A stretch of 63,934 bases of DNA, the filler included, from an uncultured Methanosarcinales archaeon (GTDB lineage: Archaea > Nanobdellota > Nanobdellia > Woesearchaeales > DATDXC01): the NCBI GenBank assembly GCA_964510025.1. It is 3 parts of 3 records of this genome, joined end to end, with 100 filler letters (N's around TTAATTAATTAA, not from the genome) between each part and the next. Parts side by side here need not be neighbours in the genome. Positions count along the whole stretch, not along the records: positions 1 to 22,261 come from CAZDZV010000019.1; 2 more parts are not named here. One strand, written 5' to 3'. The position numbers were made by a program, and so were the translations under genes. Positions within the stretch are counted from its first letter, which is position 1. Every line of letters starts with the position of its first letter. The notes below the pieces were generated by a model, which saw only the letters and a program-made list of their open reading frames with translations, was not told the DNA's origin and made no database searches. Shown piece by piece: positions 1-10,026 of this stretch.

Positions 1-648
1 AGGATGGTTATCACAAATGCAATATACTTTAAGGGCACATGGGTCTGGCAGTTTGATAAGTCAGATACAATGGATATGGATTTTTATACGCCAGACAGCA
101 CCTTGCAGGTTCCTATGATGCATATGGATCCGGAAAAGGCAAGATTGAACTATGCGGAGCTGGAGGATATTCAGATACTCGAGCTTCCTTACCAGGGCGG
201 CAAGATATCCATGCTGATAATCCTGCCAGCACACCTCGATAGCCTGGAGCTTACATCTGAAAATCTTGCATCATGGAAGGACAGCATGCAGGAAACCAAG
301 CTGGATGCTGTGTATCTTCCGAAATTCGAATTCAGCACCAAGTATTTCCTGAGGGAAACCCTCTCAGCAATGGGCATGTCTTCTGCTTTTGAGCCAGAGA
401 AGGCTGACCTGTCCGGTATGACCGGGAAGAAAGAGCTTTACATAAGCTCGGTTATCCACCAGGCTTTTGTGGAGGTAGATGAAGAAGGCACAGAAGCAGC
501 TGCTGCAACAGCTGTTGTAGTCGGCATCACCTCTATCCAGCCTCAGACTATCTTCAGGGCAGACCGCCCCTTTATTTTCATAATACAGGAGAATGAGACA
601 GGCAACATATTGTTTCTAGGGAGAGTTATCAATCCTAAAGATTTATAA
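1..648 (+). CDS. Serpin (serine protease inhibitor), 5'-truncated by window edge
   Basis: NAIYFKGxW motif, hinge/RCL EEGTEAAAATAVVVGITS, C-terminal FRADRPFIFII...ILFLGRVINP serpin signature. Confidence 0.95.
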   Translation, partial: RMVITNAIYFKGTWVWQFDKSDTMDMDFYTPDSTLQVPMMHMDPEKARLNYAELEDIQILELPYQGGKISMLIILPAHLDSLELTSENLASWKDSMQETKLDAVYLPKFEFSTKYFLRETLSAMGMSSAFEPEKADLSGMTGKKELYISSVIHQAFVEVDEEGTEAAAATAVVVGITSIQPQTIFRADRPFIFIIQENETGNILFLGRVINPKDL

Positions 649-671
649 ACTATCTGCTTTATCGAATTTCT

Positions 672-854
672 ATGGAAGAAAATCCAACAGCGGTGAAGCT
701 AGGGTTTATGTTTTCCTATTTCTTATTCACGACTATCTTGTATTTTGTATTTATGCTCTTGGGTAAGCTGGGCAGCCTTAATTACATCCATTTCATGGTG
801 ATTACATTCTTGATATTGACCGTTGGAGTGATAGTGCAGGAGATGCTGAAATGA
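672..854 (+). CDS. Small two-TM membrane protein
   Basis: 60 aa, hydrophobic; ATGA overlap with the next gene. Confidence 0.6.
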   Translation: MEENPTAVKLGFMFSYFLFTTILYFVFMLLGKLGSLNYIHFMVITFLILTVGVIVQEMLK

Positions 855-1075
855 TCAGGGATTTTAAGAAGGGCATGCATAATTTCGCAGAACTTGTCGC
901 AGTTATCGTGAATTCCGCTCTCTTGCTGCTGGTGTATGTTGTTGCAGTAGGCCCCACATCGCTGGTAGCCAGGCTGGCGGGAAAGAAATTCCTTGACACA
1001 TCAAAAAAAGAAAGCTACTGGGTCAAACTTGATCTCAAGAAAAGGCCGATAAAAGAGTACTACAGGCAATTTTGA
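851..1075 (+). CDS. SxtJ-like small membrane protein
   Basis: LLLVYVVAVGPTSLVARLAGKKFL...SYW...YYRQF resembles the SxtJ C-terminus; directly precedes the carbamoyltransferase. Confidence 0.7.
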   Translation: MIRDFKKGMHNFAELVAVIVNSALLLLVYVVAVGPTSLVARLAGKKFLDTSKKESYWVKLDLKKRPIKEYYRQF

Positions 1076-1077
1076 AA

Positions 1078-2835
1078 ATGTATATATTAGGGATAAGCTG
1101 CTATTACCATGATTCATCAGCTGTACTGCTGAAAGATGGAGAGATACTGGCAGCTGCGCAGGAAGAGCGCTTTACCAGGAAAAAGCATGATACATCGTTT
1201 CCCATAAATGCTATCAACTACTGCCTGGACAGCCAGCAGATCAGGACAGCAGATATCGACCACATAGCGTTTTACGAGAAGCCATTGCTGAAGTTTGAAC
1301 GTGTGCTATCGCAGCATCTGCAATCATTCCCCAAGAGCCTGAAGACATTTCTGTCATCGACACCGTCTTGGATAAATGAAAAGTTGCGTATCATAAGAAA
1401 GGTCAGGAAAGCTTTAGGCTACGAGAAGGATGTGTTCTTTGTCGAGCATCATATGGCCCATGCTGCAGCATTTCTCATAAGCCCTTTCAAGAAAGCTGCG
1501 ATAGTCACTGTGGATGGAGTGGGGGAATGGACGACGACATCTTATGGCATAGGGGAGGGCAAGAACATCCAGCTTCTCAAGGATATTAGGTTTCCCCATT
1601 CGCTTGGCTTGCTGTACTCTGCGATCACAGCTTATCTAGGCTTCAAAGTGAATAACTCAGAGTACAAGGTTATGGGACTAAGCCCTTATGGAGATATGGA
1701 TAAGGAGACGAATGAATATTACAGAAAACTGAGAAAGGTCATAGACATAAAGGCAGACGGTTCCTATAGGCTTGATATGAGCTATTTTGTCTATCATTAT
1801 GCAGACAGGATGCCGTCAAAAAAGCTATGCCGTCTGCTGGACGGCCCGGTGCGGCTGCCGGATGAGGAGCTTACCAGACGTCATAGGGACATTGCAGCAG
1901 CGCTCCAGCTTGTCTATGAAGAGGCGTTCTTTAAGATACTGAATCACCTCCATCATCTGACCAAATGCGACAACCTTGTCATCGCAGGCGGCTGCGGACT
2001 GAACAGCGTAGCAAACGGAAAGGTCTTGAGGAATACACCTTTCAGGAATGTCTGGGCCCAGCCTGATCCAGGTGACGGCGGAACATGCATCGGGGCTGCT
2101 TCATATGCATACCATGTCATACTTGACAACGAAAGGAACTTTGTTTTCCAAAACCCATATCTGGGGCCGTCATTCTCACATCAAAAGATCATAAGTTTTC
2201 TGGAAAATAATAAAATAAGATATAGTGAGTTTGTCAGCGATTCAGAGATGATAGAGAAGACTGCCAAGCTTATCTATGATAACAATGTAATAGGCTGGTT
2301 CCATCTCGGCATGGAATGGGGGCCAAGGGCCCTGGGAGCTAGGAGTATCCTTGCTAATCCCTGCAACCCAAACGCAAAAGAGCTTTTGAACACAAAAGTC
2401 AAGCACCGGGAAAAATTCAGGCCGTTCGCGCCCGTTGTCTGTGAGGACGATGCCTTGAAATATTTTGACTGTGACGATCCTGTGCCTGTTCCGACTGATT
2501 TTATGCTGATGGTATACCCTGTATTCAAGGAGTGGCACAAGAAGATCCCATCAGTCACCCATGTGGACGGTTCTGGAAGGCTCCAGACGATACGCCGGAA
2601 GCAGAATCCGCTTTATTATGATCTTATAAAGCAGTTTGGGAAGCTGTCAGGCATACCTATACTAATAAATACCTCTTTCAACATCCGTGGAGAGCCGATT
2701 GTCTGCAGCCCATATGATGCATATAAGTGCATGATGGGCACGGGCATAGACTATCTTGTCATGGGTAAGTTTTTGGTCAGCCGCGCTGATAACCCAAAGG
2801 ATATGTGGGACAGCGAAAAGACAGTAGAAGGGTGA
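1078..2835 (+). CDS. O-carbamoyltransferase, NodU/CmcH family
   Basis: ILGISCYYHDSSA, EERFTRKKH, EHHMAHA, DGVGE, EYKVMGL, EWGPRALGARSIL, KHREKFRPFAP, NTSFN motifs. Confidence 0.95.
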   Translation: MYILGISCYYHDSSAVLLKDGEILAAAQEERFTRKKHDTSFPINAINYCLDSQQIRTADIDHIAFYEKPLLKFERVLSQHLQSFPKSLKTFLSSTPSWINEKLRIIRKVRKALGYEKDVFFVEHHMAHAAAFLISPFKKAAIVTVDGVGEWTTTSYGIGEGKNIQLLKDIRFPHSLGLLYSAITAYLGFKVNNSEYKVMGLSPYGDMDKETNEYYRKLRKVIDIKADGSYRLDMSYFVYHYADRMPSKKLCRLLDGPVRLPDEELTRRHRDIAAALQLVYEEAFFKILNHLHHLTKCDNLVIAGGCGLNSVANGKVLRNTPFRNVWAQPDPGDGGTCIGAASYAYHVILDNERNFVFQNPYLGPSFSHQKIISFLENNKIRYSEFVSDSEMIEKTAKLIYDNNVIGWFHLGMEWGPRALGARSILANPCNPNAKELLNTKVKHREKFRPFAPVVCEDDALKYFDCDDPVPVPTDFMLMVYPVFKEWHKKIPSVTHVDGSGRLQTIRRKQNPLYYDLIKQFGKLSGIPILINTSFNIRGEPIVCSPYDAYKCMMGTGIDYLVMGKFLVSRADNPKDMWDSEKTVEG

Positions 2836-2840
2836 TAAAT

Positions 2841-2996
2841 ATGAATAAGTCATTGCTTATGGAACTATGGGATTTTCTTAAGGTGAGAAAAGCATGGTGG
2901 CTTGCGCCGATCATCATAATGCTTGTTTTGGTCGGTATCCTTATTATTCTGGGACAGAGCAGCGCATTGTCACCGTTCATCTATGCACTGTTCTGA
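2841..2996 (+). CDS. SxtK/DUF5989-like small membrane protein
   Basis: ELWDFLKVRKAWWLAPIII...SALSPFIYALF; GGTGA RBS before the ATG at 2841. Confidence 0.85.
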   Translation: MNKSLLMELWDFLKVRKAWWLAPIIIMLVLVGILIILGQSSALSPFIYALF

Positions 2997-3832
2997 AAGC
3001 CTGGGACAGGAACTTCCTCAGAAAGCTCTTCATCGCATTCCTCAGGGGCTTCCTCAAAATGACCGCAGATAACATCAAGAAGCGCGCTAGGCGACCTTGA
3101 TGATCTGACCTCCTGGCTGTTGATGACCAATGTAGGCGAACCTCTTATCCCGTACTTTTCGCATTCATCCTCATATATTGGAAAGCTGGGGAATCTTCCG
3201 CCAGGATTCTTCATCTTATCAATGATCCCATATCTCCTGTCTGTTTCTTCTTCGCATTCCTCCAAATCCCCGATGCCATCAAGGCAGCCGCTTCCATCCC
3301 TTATAAAACATTTAAGATAATCTATATATCTGTCCTCCTGCTCTTTCTTTATGCAATATTGCCTCAGCTGCTCCAGGATCTCGTCCTCTCCGTGCATAGC
3401 ATAGCTCAGGAACTTTATCTCAAAATCTATGTTGTCTTCCAGAAGCTCCACAACAGGAAGTATCCCCTTCTCCATCTGCAGGGCATAAGGGCAGTGTGAC
3501 ATTACAAACAATTCAACATGCGGACTGGCCGTCTTGATAGGCTCCCTTTCAGCATCTTGTGAAGGCTCATCAGGTTCTTCCTCAGGTTCTTCAGGCAATT
3601 CTGGCTCATCCTTTGGTTTCTCTGTCTGCTCATCTGCATCGCATATGTTATTGTCATCCACATCTAGACAGCATCCGCTGGCAAATCTCATATAAGGCCT
3701 TTCACACACAATCACCTTTTCAGATATCCTTTCTATATCTGCATCAGAGACCTCGCTAAGGTCTAGCTCTTCACATGCGCCTAAGAACAGCACAAGAACA
3801 ATCAACCCGATAATCCATCTAATCGTTTTCAT
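2981..3832 (-). CDS. Lipoprotein with thioredoxin/DsbA-like domain
   Basis: Lipobox-like LFLGAC, Cys-rich CERPY...CCLD...NICD module, FVMSHCPY active-site-like motif, GSPTLVIN cis-Pro loop. Confidence 0.7.
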   Translation of the reverse strand: MKTIRWIIGLIVLVLFLGACEELDLSEVSDADIERISEKVIVCERPYMRFASGCCLDVDDNNICDADEQTEKPKDEPELPEEPEEEPDEPSQDAEREPIKTASPHVELFVMSHCPYALQMEKGILPVVELLEDNIDFEIKFLSYAMHGEDEILEQLRQYCIKKEQEDRYIDYLKCFIRDGSGCLDGIGDLEECEEETDRRYGIIDKMKNPGGRFPSFPIYEDECEKYGIRGSPTLVINSQEVRSSRSPSALLDVICGHFEEAPEECDEELSEEVPVPGFQNSA

Positions 3833-3916
3833 CTGCCTAGAAAAATAGTTTCTATTTTATAAAGATTTCCAAAATTTATCGTAATATTTTTAAAAAAGGG
3901 CAACTATGGTATAGCA

Positions 3917-4420
3917 ATGAATAAGAGAGTGGTGGTCAACGACATCATGCAGAAAGGTTATGTTTATTTTCTCACAGAGCCAGCAGGAAAGAACTTTCAT
4001 CCTGGGTTTAGGCCTGAGCTTACCCCGAAGCAGATGCTGGAGCTTGGGGTGTTTGGTGGAAAATACATGACAGACTGCAGCAATGAGTTTCCGGATTCAT
4101 GGTACAGGAATGCCAAATTATGCCATGAAAAGCACGATCCAGAGCTTAACTTCTTCAAGATAAACGCATCTAAGCCCCTGTCTTACTGGCGGAAAAAAGG
4201 CTGGATATATCATGAGGATCCAAGAGGATGGTTCCAGTGGTACTGCCGCTATTATATTGGGAGGAGATGCAGGGATGATATGAGGCAGATAAGACGATGG
4301 AAGGCGATGAAAAGGCACATTGCGCAAATCAGGAAGCACTGCAGGAAAGGAGATGCCGGCTGCAGAAGAAAGCAGAGGCAGGCACTGCTGCATTGGGCCT
4401 ATGACAGCAGAAAGTTATGA
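3917..4420 (+). CDS. Conserved hypothetical basic protein
   Basis: LTPKQMLELGVFGGKY, DPRGWFQWYCRYYIGRR and RQALLHWAYD look like conserved-family motifs; function unknown. Confidence 0.75.
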   Translation: MNKRVVVNDIMQKGYVYFLTEPAGKNFHPGFRPELTPKQMLELGVFGGKYMTDCSNEFPDSWYRNAKLCHEKHDPELNFFKINASKPLSYWRKKGWIYHEDPRGWFQWYCRYYIGRRCRDDMRQIRRWKAMKRHIAQIRKHCRKGDAGCRRKQRQALLHWAYDSRKL

Positions 4421-4945
4421 GAATATTTTTATTTCTGGCATAAAAATGCATGATATATTCAGGGCTGACCATGGGATACATGTGATTGCAAGGCAGCTTG
4501 TCTTCCCTTTCGGTTTTCATGGGGTGATAGTACGATATTACCAGACAAACCAGATGTTATGCAGGCTTAGGCTTCGCACTTGGTCGGCCTCGTGCGCTAT
4601 GAATGGCCAGCTGACTCCTACAGAAGCCTTGGCTATTGCTTTGAAAATGCTGTATATAGCCAGATAGGGTGTGTTAAGCTGCAGGCTCCATTGGACAGCG
4701 CGCTTTGCCTGAGCTGCGGAAAGGTTGTCAGCCTGTCCTGGAAGATATCGCAACAGGCCAGAGGCTGGTGAGGCGCCCGACGGCAGGGATTATGGCATTC
4801 AATGAGGATGCCAGCGCAGACTTTCTGCTGGATGGAGTGCTGCAGAGCTGCTGCTCACTGTCAGGATTGGCAGATAAGCGCAAAGGGATCACGGTCATGT
4901 GGATATTTAGACAAGTTTTTTATATTGCCAGATAAACCTTGGCCC

Positions 4946-6127
4946 ATGGAATTTCAGGATCTGACCTTCACTCAAAAAGACGATTATGTAAGGGTGTCTT
5001 TTCTCAGCTTATTTTATTTTGACATAGATAAAGGCAGCCTTGAAAAGATTGGCAGATATAAGGTAAAAGGAAATTCCATTATATTTCCAGAAATATCTGA
5101 AACGAGGGCTGCCAGGAAATTCAGCCTGCTCTTGGAGCAAGGCTTTGCACAGCTCAGGAACAAGCTGAATGATAAGAAAGCAGTATACATACATAAGAAT
5201 TCCGGCATACCCCTGATCGGCCATGTTGCATTCGGCATAGTCGACCGGGGCACCAACCTTATAGAGGTAAAGCCCATAACAAGCTGCAACCTGAGATGCA
5301 TATACTGCTCTGTCGACGAAGACAGAAGGCCTGTGGATTTTGTTATAGAGGAGGAGTACCTGGCAGGAGAATTCAGGAAACTTGCAGAAGCGAAGGATTC
5401 TGAGAATATTGAGGCGCATATAGCTTCGCAGGGAGAGCCCTTGCTGTATTCTCCCCTGAAACATCTTGTCAAAGACCTTAAAGGCATAAGCAATGTAAAA
5501 AGAGTGTCTATCGACACCAACGGCATTATGCTCAATGAGACCAGGATCGACGGTCTCATAGCAGCTGGATTGACCAGGTTCAACCTTTCTATTAATGCTA
5601 TGGACAATAGGCTGGCAGGCGGCATTGCCGGATGCCTTTATGAAATCGATAAGATAAAGAAGACAGCAGAATATATATCGAAAAAAGCAGAGCTGCTGAT
5701 AGCGCCTGTCTATCTCCCAGGCATAAATGACAAGGAGATTCCAAAGATCATCGAATATGCCAAAAAGATAGGCGCCAGGATAGGCATCCAGAACTTCCTA
5801 AACTACCGCTTTGGCAGAAATCCCGCAAAGCAGATTTCCTGGGAAGATTTCTATGATCAGCTCAAGAAATGGGAACAGCAGTTTAGCGTCAGGCTTATCC
5901 TTGATGAGTCATATTTTCAGATAGAGAAGACAAAGGAGCTCGAAAAGCCTTTCAGGAAAGGCGAGATAGTCAGGCTGAACCCCAGCCTGCCAGGCAGGCT
6001 CAAGGATGAAAGGATCGCTGTTTCAAGGGACAGGCTTGTTTCCATACCGAACTGCGCAAAGAAAGGCATTGTCAAGGCAAGGATCACCAGGACAAAGCAC
6101 AATATATTTGTGGCAGAACTATGCTAG
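4946..6127 (+). CDS. Archaeal radical SAM protein (COG2100-like) with C-terminal TRAM-like domain
   Basis: IPLIGHVAFGIVDRGTNLIEV, CNLRCIYC (CxxxCxxC), QGEP, TNG; start reassigned to the ATG at 4946. Confidence 0.85.
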   Translation: MEFQDLTFTQKDDYVRVSFLSLFYFDIDKGSLEKIGRYKVKGNSIIFPEISETRAARKFSLLLEQGFAQLRNKLNDKKAVYIHKNSGIPLIGHVAFGIVDRGTNLIEVKPITSCNLRCIYCSVDEDRRPVDFVIEEEYLAGEFRKLAEAKDSENIEAHIASQGEPLLYSPLKHLVKDLKGISNVKRVSIDTNGIMLNETRIDGLIAAGLTRFNLSINAMDNRLAGGIAGCLYEIDKIKKTAEYISKKAELLIAPVYLPGINDKEIPKIIEYAKKIGARIGIQNFLNYRFGRNPAKQISWEDFYDQLKKWEQQFSVRLILDESYFQIEKTKELEKPFRKGEIVRLNPSLPGRLKDERIAVSRDRLVSIPNCAKKGIVKARITRTKHNIFVAELC

Positions 6128-7216
6128 CTTCCTTTCTTTTATCATCCTAAAGAGCTGCTCTGCTGTTATCCTGTTTCCCTCGATGCTGAAATGCACCTGG
6201 TCACCGTAAAGGCTGGCAGGCACAAGGTCTGAGAACGAGACATAGCTTGCGCCATATCTTCTTGCAGAATCCCACTCATTGAAGCTGGCTGTGACATAGC
6301 AATAGAAATATTCTGTTGCACTGATTCGCTCCATCTGGCATCTGGCAGGATCAAAATCCTTCCATGGCTGCAGAACAGCGATATAGCTTATGTTATATTC
6401 CCTGCATATCCTCGCAACCTTTTCTACATTGCCCAGATAATTGCCTAGTGTATTGTCCATCGTCTCCTTGGATATGCTACCTGTGTCTATCGCTCTGGGT
6501 ATAGCTGGATAATAGATATCATTCCACCTGAAAGGGGGCCACCCTACCCGTCCATTATAAAGCAGAACATGGTGTATGTCATTATATCCGTCAAACGACA
6601 CAAGTACATCAATGTCCATATCCAGCAGCTCATTTGCAAAGATGCTGAATTCCTGGTTTGATATGGATGACACAACAGCTGCGTTTATATAGTCAGCATC
6701 CAGCAGTCTGGCCAGCTCCCCTATGATTGTCTCATCATTGGATGGCCCGTTGAAAGCAGTAGAGCCGCCGATAATTGCTATCCTCAGCTTGTCCTTGGCG
6801 CCAAGCTGCGGAGACCTATGGCCTAAGCCATTTATGACGATATGCTGGTCTCCCAGCGCGTCTCCTGGTAATATCACCTCAACTCCTGGCTGAGGCTTGT
6901 AGCCGGCATATGGGTGTGGCATGCGTTCATCAAAAGAATCAGGAGGCGGTTCATAGCCAAGATTATGCTTATGTGTTACCTCTCCTGGATCCTCTAGTTT
7001 TTTTGTCTCAGGCGTCTGATAGTTGACGTCCTGATCGACTATCTTAGCGTTCCTTAGCGATTTTGTGTACTCTGGAAGCTCTTTCTTATATATCATAACG
7101 TCATAATTGTTCCTGAAATATATGTAGAATAATCCAACAGGTATCAGGATCAGAGCAGCAGTTATTGCAACACTAATAAGCCTGAATAACCTCTGCTTCT
7201 TTAGCTTTATCTGCAT
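6119..7216 (-). CDS. Membrane-anchored SGNH/GDSL-type hydrolase or acyltransferase
   Basis: N-terminal TM, IAIIGGSTAF (block I), DGYNDI (block III), GDQVHF (DxxH). Confidence 0.8.
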   Translation of the reverse strand: MQIKLKKQRLFRLISVAITAALILIPVGLFYIYFRNNYDVMIYKKELPEYTKSLRNAKIVDQDVNYQTPETKKLEDPGEVTHKHNLGYEPPPDSFDERMPHPYAGYKPQPGVEVILPGDALGDQHIVINGLGHRSPQLGAKDKLRIAIIGGSTAFNGPSNDETIIGELARLLDADYINAAVVSSISNQEFSIFANELLDMDIDVLVSFDGYNDIHHVLLYNGRVGWPPFRWNDIYYPAIPRAIDTGSISKETMDNTLGNYLGNVEKVARICREYNISYIAVLQPWKDFDPARCQMERISATEYFYCYVTASFNEWDSARRYGASYVSFSDLVPASLYGDQVHFSIEGNRITAEQLFRMIKERKLA

Positions 7217-7252
7217 AAAATATAGAAATGTCCGTTATTTAAATGTTTTTCT

Positions 7253-7289
7253 AAAAAAATAAAAAAAAAGAAAAAGGTTAAAAACCTTT
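7253..7289 (-). terminator. Probable terminator of the S-layer gene
   Basis: AAAAGGTT/AACCTTTT hairpin followed by a long U tract on the minus strand, right after the stop codon. Confidence 0.55.
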
Positions 7290-9863
7290 TTACTCTTCGT
7301 CCTCCATGACATCCTCAGCGATGTCTTCCACAGCTTCTTCCTCTTCCTCTGTCAGGACTGGCTCTTCCTCTTCAGCAACTGTCAATGTTGTACCTACTTT
7401 GGTAACTTCCATTGCAGTTCCATCAAGTGCATAGTCCTGGTAGTTAGCAATCACTTGTGCTGCATTTCTTGTGTCCATTGCAGAGAATCCAGCTACGACC
7501 ATAGCTACATTTTCGCCGTTCTCGAACAACAAGATCCTGCCTTTTCCAGCCTCGAATCCTGCTGTGCAGTCTGCTGGGTTGCCCATAACAGCTGCTGCTA
7601 CTGAGTTAGCGCATGGTCCGCCTACTGCAATCACATTCTGTGCAGTAACATCTGTCACTTCAGATGCAAGTTTTGTTGCTCCTACCTCTATCTTGCTTAC
7701 AGTCACTGATTCAGAGCCGCCTGTGCCGCCTGCTGTCTCTATCTTGACAACGCCTGACGTAAGATATACATCAGCAGTGACTTCGTCCTCAGGGTAGGTT
7801 ATTGTTACTGTGTTCTGTCCGTCTGTTGGGGTCTCATGCTCCACTAATGTTCCCCATTTTGTCATCTCTGAATAAAAGTTGTTCTTGCTGTCCCATGACA
7901 ACATGCTGAACGTGCCTGATCCTGTTGGAACAGATGCATATTCGACGCTTGTTGAAGCTGGGGTTCCTGCTGTTATCTTGTTGCTGTCTGTTGTTGTGGT
8001 ATCCTGGTCATAGATGGATATGTTTATGTGGTCTATCTCGCTTGAGTCGTCTTCCTTTCCTTTGTGGTATTCTGTGAACTGGATCAGTCCTTCGTCTCCA
8101 TAATTGGTGCTGCTTCCTGTTCGTACTGTCTCGTTGTCCATGATGGTCAGATTTACCTTTGCTTCAGATGGCGTGTACAATATTATCGAGCTGCCCATGT
8201 CTGATGCATCAGTTCCATCATCTGATATCACTATTGTCTTGGCTCCTGTGTTTGCTGCATAGGTGTACTTGAAGCCGTCCAGATAGAAGTCAGTTGTTGC
8301 ACCTGTTGAGTTCTCAACCTTGAAAGATTGGCCTCCGACTGGCTTTAGCGTTACCTTTGTTGCTGTTGATGTGGATGACACGTCTGTCACTTCGATCAGA
8401 TGGCTGTACTTGTTGCTGCTGACAGCGAAGAAATCATGTTCTCCTACTGCGTTTCCTGTAAATACGATCTGGTGTGTGGCGTCTTTTCCAAGCGTTATAT
8501 TGCCTTCAGAGTTGGAGTAGAAAGCATAGAATGATATCTCTCCATCTGTCTTTGTAGGCATTGTCACCTTGTATTTGTCATTTGAGCTTGGGCTTACCTT
8601 TATCGTCTCTGTAGCTCCGACGTTCAGTGCAGCGAACTCATAATCTATGTTCTCTAAGAACAGCTTTCCTTTGCTGTCTTCATCCAGTTGCTCAGAATAT
8701 TTTCCGCCTACTGGCACATAGATGTCATCGCTTGCATTGTATTCGATCTCTATCTTGCTGATAGATGCTTCTGTGCTTGTTGAACAAGCCGCATTTGATC
8801 CAACAAGATCAACTGTCACGTCAGATATCTCTGTCCCGCCAACTTCCAGCGTTCCTGCCTGTCCAGATGTGAAATCAGAGTCTTTGAAGCTTACTTTTTG
8901 AGCTCCCAGATAGAACTCTACCATATCCTGTGAAACATCTCCTGCTTCGTTTGGTAGGATCTCCTTTACGCCGATTTCTGTTCCGTCTGCAAGCTTGAAA
9001 GTCTTTGTAGCTTCCAGGGCTTCTGTTGTCTCGCCGTTGATGACAAATTTTGCATAGACAGTTCCTGTATCTGTGATGATAGGTACAGTAACCTCATACT
9101 CTTTGTCATTTATCGTATATGTCTTTGTCTCTCCTTCTTCCAGTGTGTCCTGTACAGCTCCTCCCATAAGGTCTAATGTACCTGTGCTGTTGTCTGTGTT
9201 TATGATTGTGTACTCTTTTCCGAGCAATGTGATCTTTTTGTTGTCTAGATCCTCAAAATCATCGTTTGAGTCACAATCTGTCTTAATAGCTGCTGGGAAA
9301 GAAATCTGGTACTTGTACACTGAGTAGTCGCTGAAGAACTTCAGATAGACATCTGGGTCATCTGATGTGTCGCTGTCAACCTCATATACAACAGATGCAT
9401 TCTGTGCAAGTGTTATATACTGGTCATAGTTGTATGTTCCTTTCTCGTTTGTTATTGTCCCGCCTGCAAGGGAATTTAGGTCAGTTTCTGTAACAGACTC
9501 GATTGGGCCTGTTGCCTGGTCATCTGAACCTCCTGCTGCAGAGCTTAGGTATTCCCACATGTTAAGGGAATCTCCGCCTTTGGAAATCTTAAAAGCGTCA
9601 CCCTCTACTGCTATTGTTACTCCATTGCCGCCGCCTGTTGAAGTTGTATACTGCAAGCTTGTTGCAATATCTGTTACTCCAATGACGTCTTCTGCCTTAG
9701 CCGAATCTCCGACCACAAGAACTCCTGAAAACGCACCATCTGCGATAAATGGCGCCGGATATTCGTTAAGGTCTAGAGCCATTGCACCCATTATGGTTGA
9801 GCCCACAAAAGCTGCTCCGACTCCCAAGGCAGCAATTTTTCTAATTGCCTTCCTTAGTTTCAT
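7290..9863 (-). CDS. S-layer protein (Methanococcales/Thermococcales-type N- and C-terminal domains)
   Basis: KKIAAL-type signal peptide, VVVGDSAKAEDVIGVTDIA, NVIAVGGPCANS, VAGFSAMDTRNAA; acidic, Thr-rich, many NxS/T sequons; GGAGGTG RBS. Confidence 0.9.
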   Translation of the reverse strand: MKLRKAIRKIAALGVGAAFVGSTIMGAMALDLNEYPAPFIADGAFSGVLVVGDSAKAEDVIGVTDIATSLQYTTSTGGGNGVTIAVEGDAFKISKGGDSLNMWEYLSSAAGGSDDQATGPIESVTETDLNSLAGGTITNEKGTYNYDQYITLAQNASVVYEVDSDTSDDPDVYLKFFSDYSVYKYQISFPAAIKTDCDSNDDFEDLDNKKITLLGKEYTIINTDNSTGTLDLMGGAVQDTLEEGETKTYTINDKEYEVTVPIITDTGTVYAKFVINGETTEALEATKTFKLADGTEIGVKEILPNEAGDVSQDMVEFYLGAQKVSFKDSDFTSGQAGTLEVGGTEISDVTVDLVGSNAACSTSTEASISKIEIEYNASDDIYVPVGGKYSEQLDEDSKGKLFLENIDYEFAALNVGATETIKVSPSSNDKYKVTMPTKTDGEISFYAFYSNSEGNITLGKDATHQIVFTGNAVGEHDFFAVSSNKYSHLIEVTDVSSTSTATKVTLKPVGGQSFKVENSTGATTDFYLDGFKYTYAANTGAKTIVISDDGTDASDMGSSIILYTPSEAKVNLTIMDNETVRTGSSTNYGDEGLIQFTEYHKGKEDDSSEIDHINISIYDQDTTTTDSNKITAGTPASTSVEYASVPTGSGTFSMLSWDSKNNFYSEMTKWGTLVEHETPTDGQNTVTITYPEDEVTADVYLTSGVVKIETAGGTGGSESVTVSKIEVGATKLASEVTDVTAQNVIAVGGPCANSVAAAVMGNPADCTAGFEAGKGRILLFENGENVAMVVAGFSAMDTRNAAQVIANYQDYALDGTAMEVTKVGTTLTVAEEEEPVLTEEEEEAVEDIAEDVMEDEE

Positions 9864-10026
9864 ATTGCCTAAACACCTCCTTAGTTTGTTTTTGGCTATC
9901 TCAGTACAAACTTTAGAAGCCTACCTAACCATAGCTATGGCTTCTTAGACGTATTGGTCAACTTATCATATTTAAAGCTTTCGCTTTCAGTATATCCTGA
10001 AAAATATAGTTTCCACACCATGTTTA

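Noticed and set aside
851..2996. Saxitoxin biosynthesis cluster
   Set aside because: Only sxtI/J/K-like genes are present; no sxtA, sxtG or other core genes.
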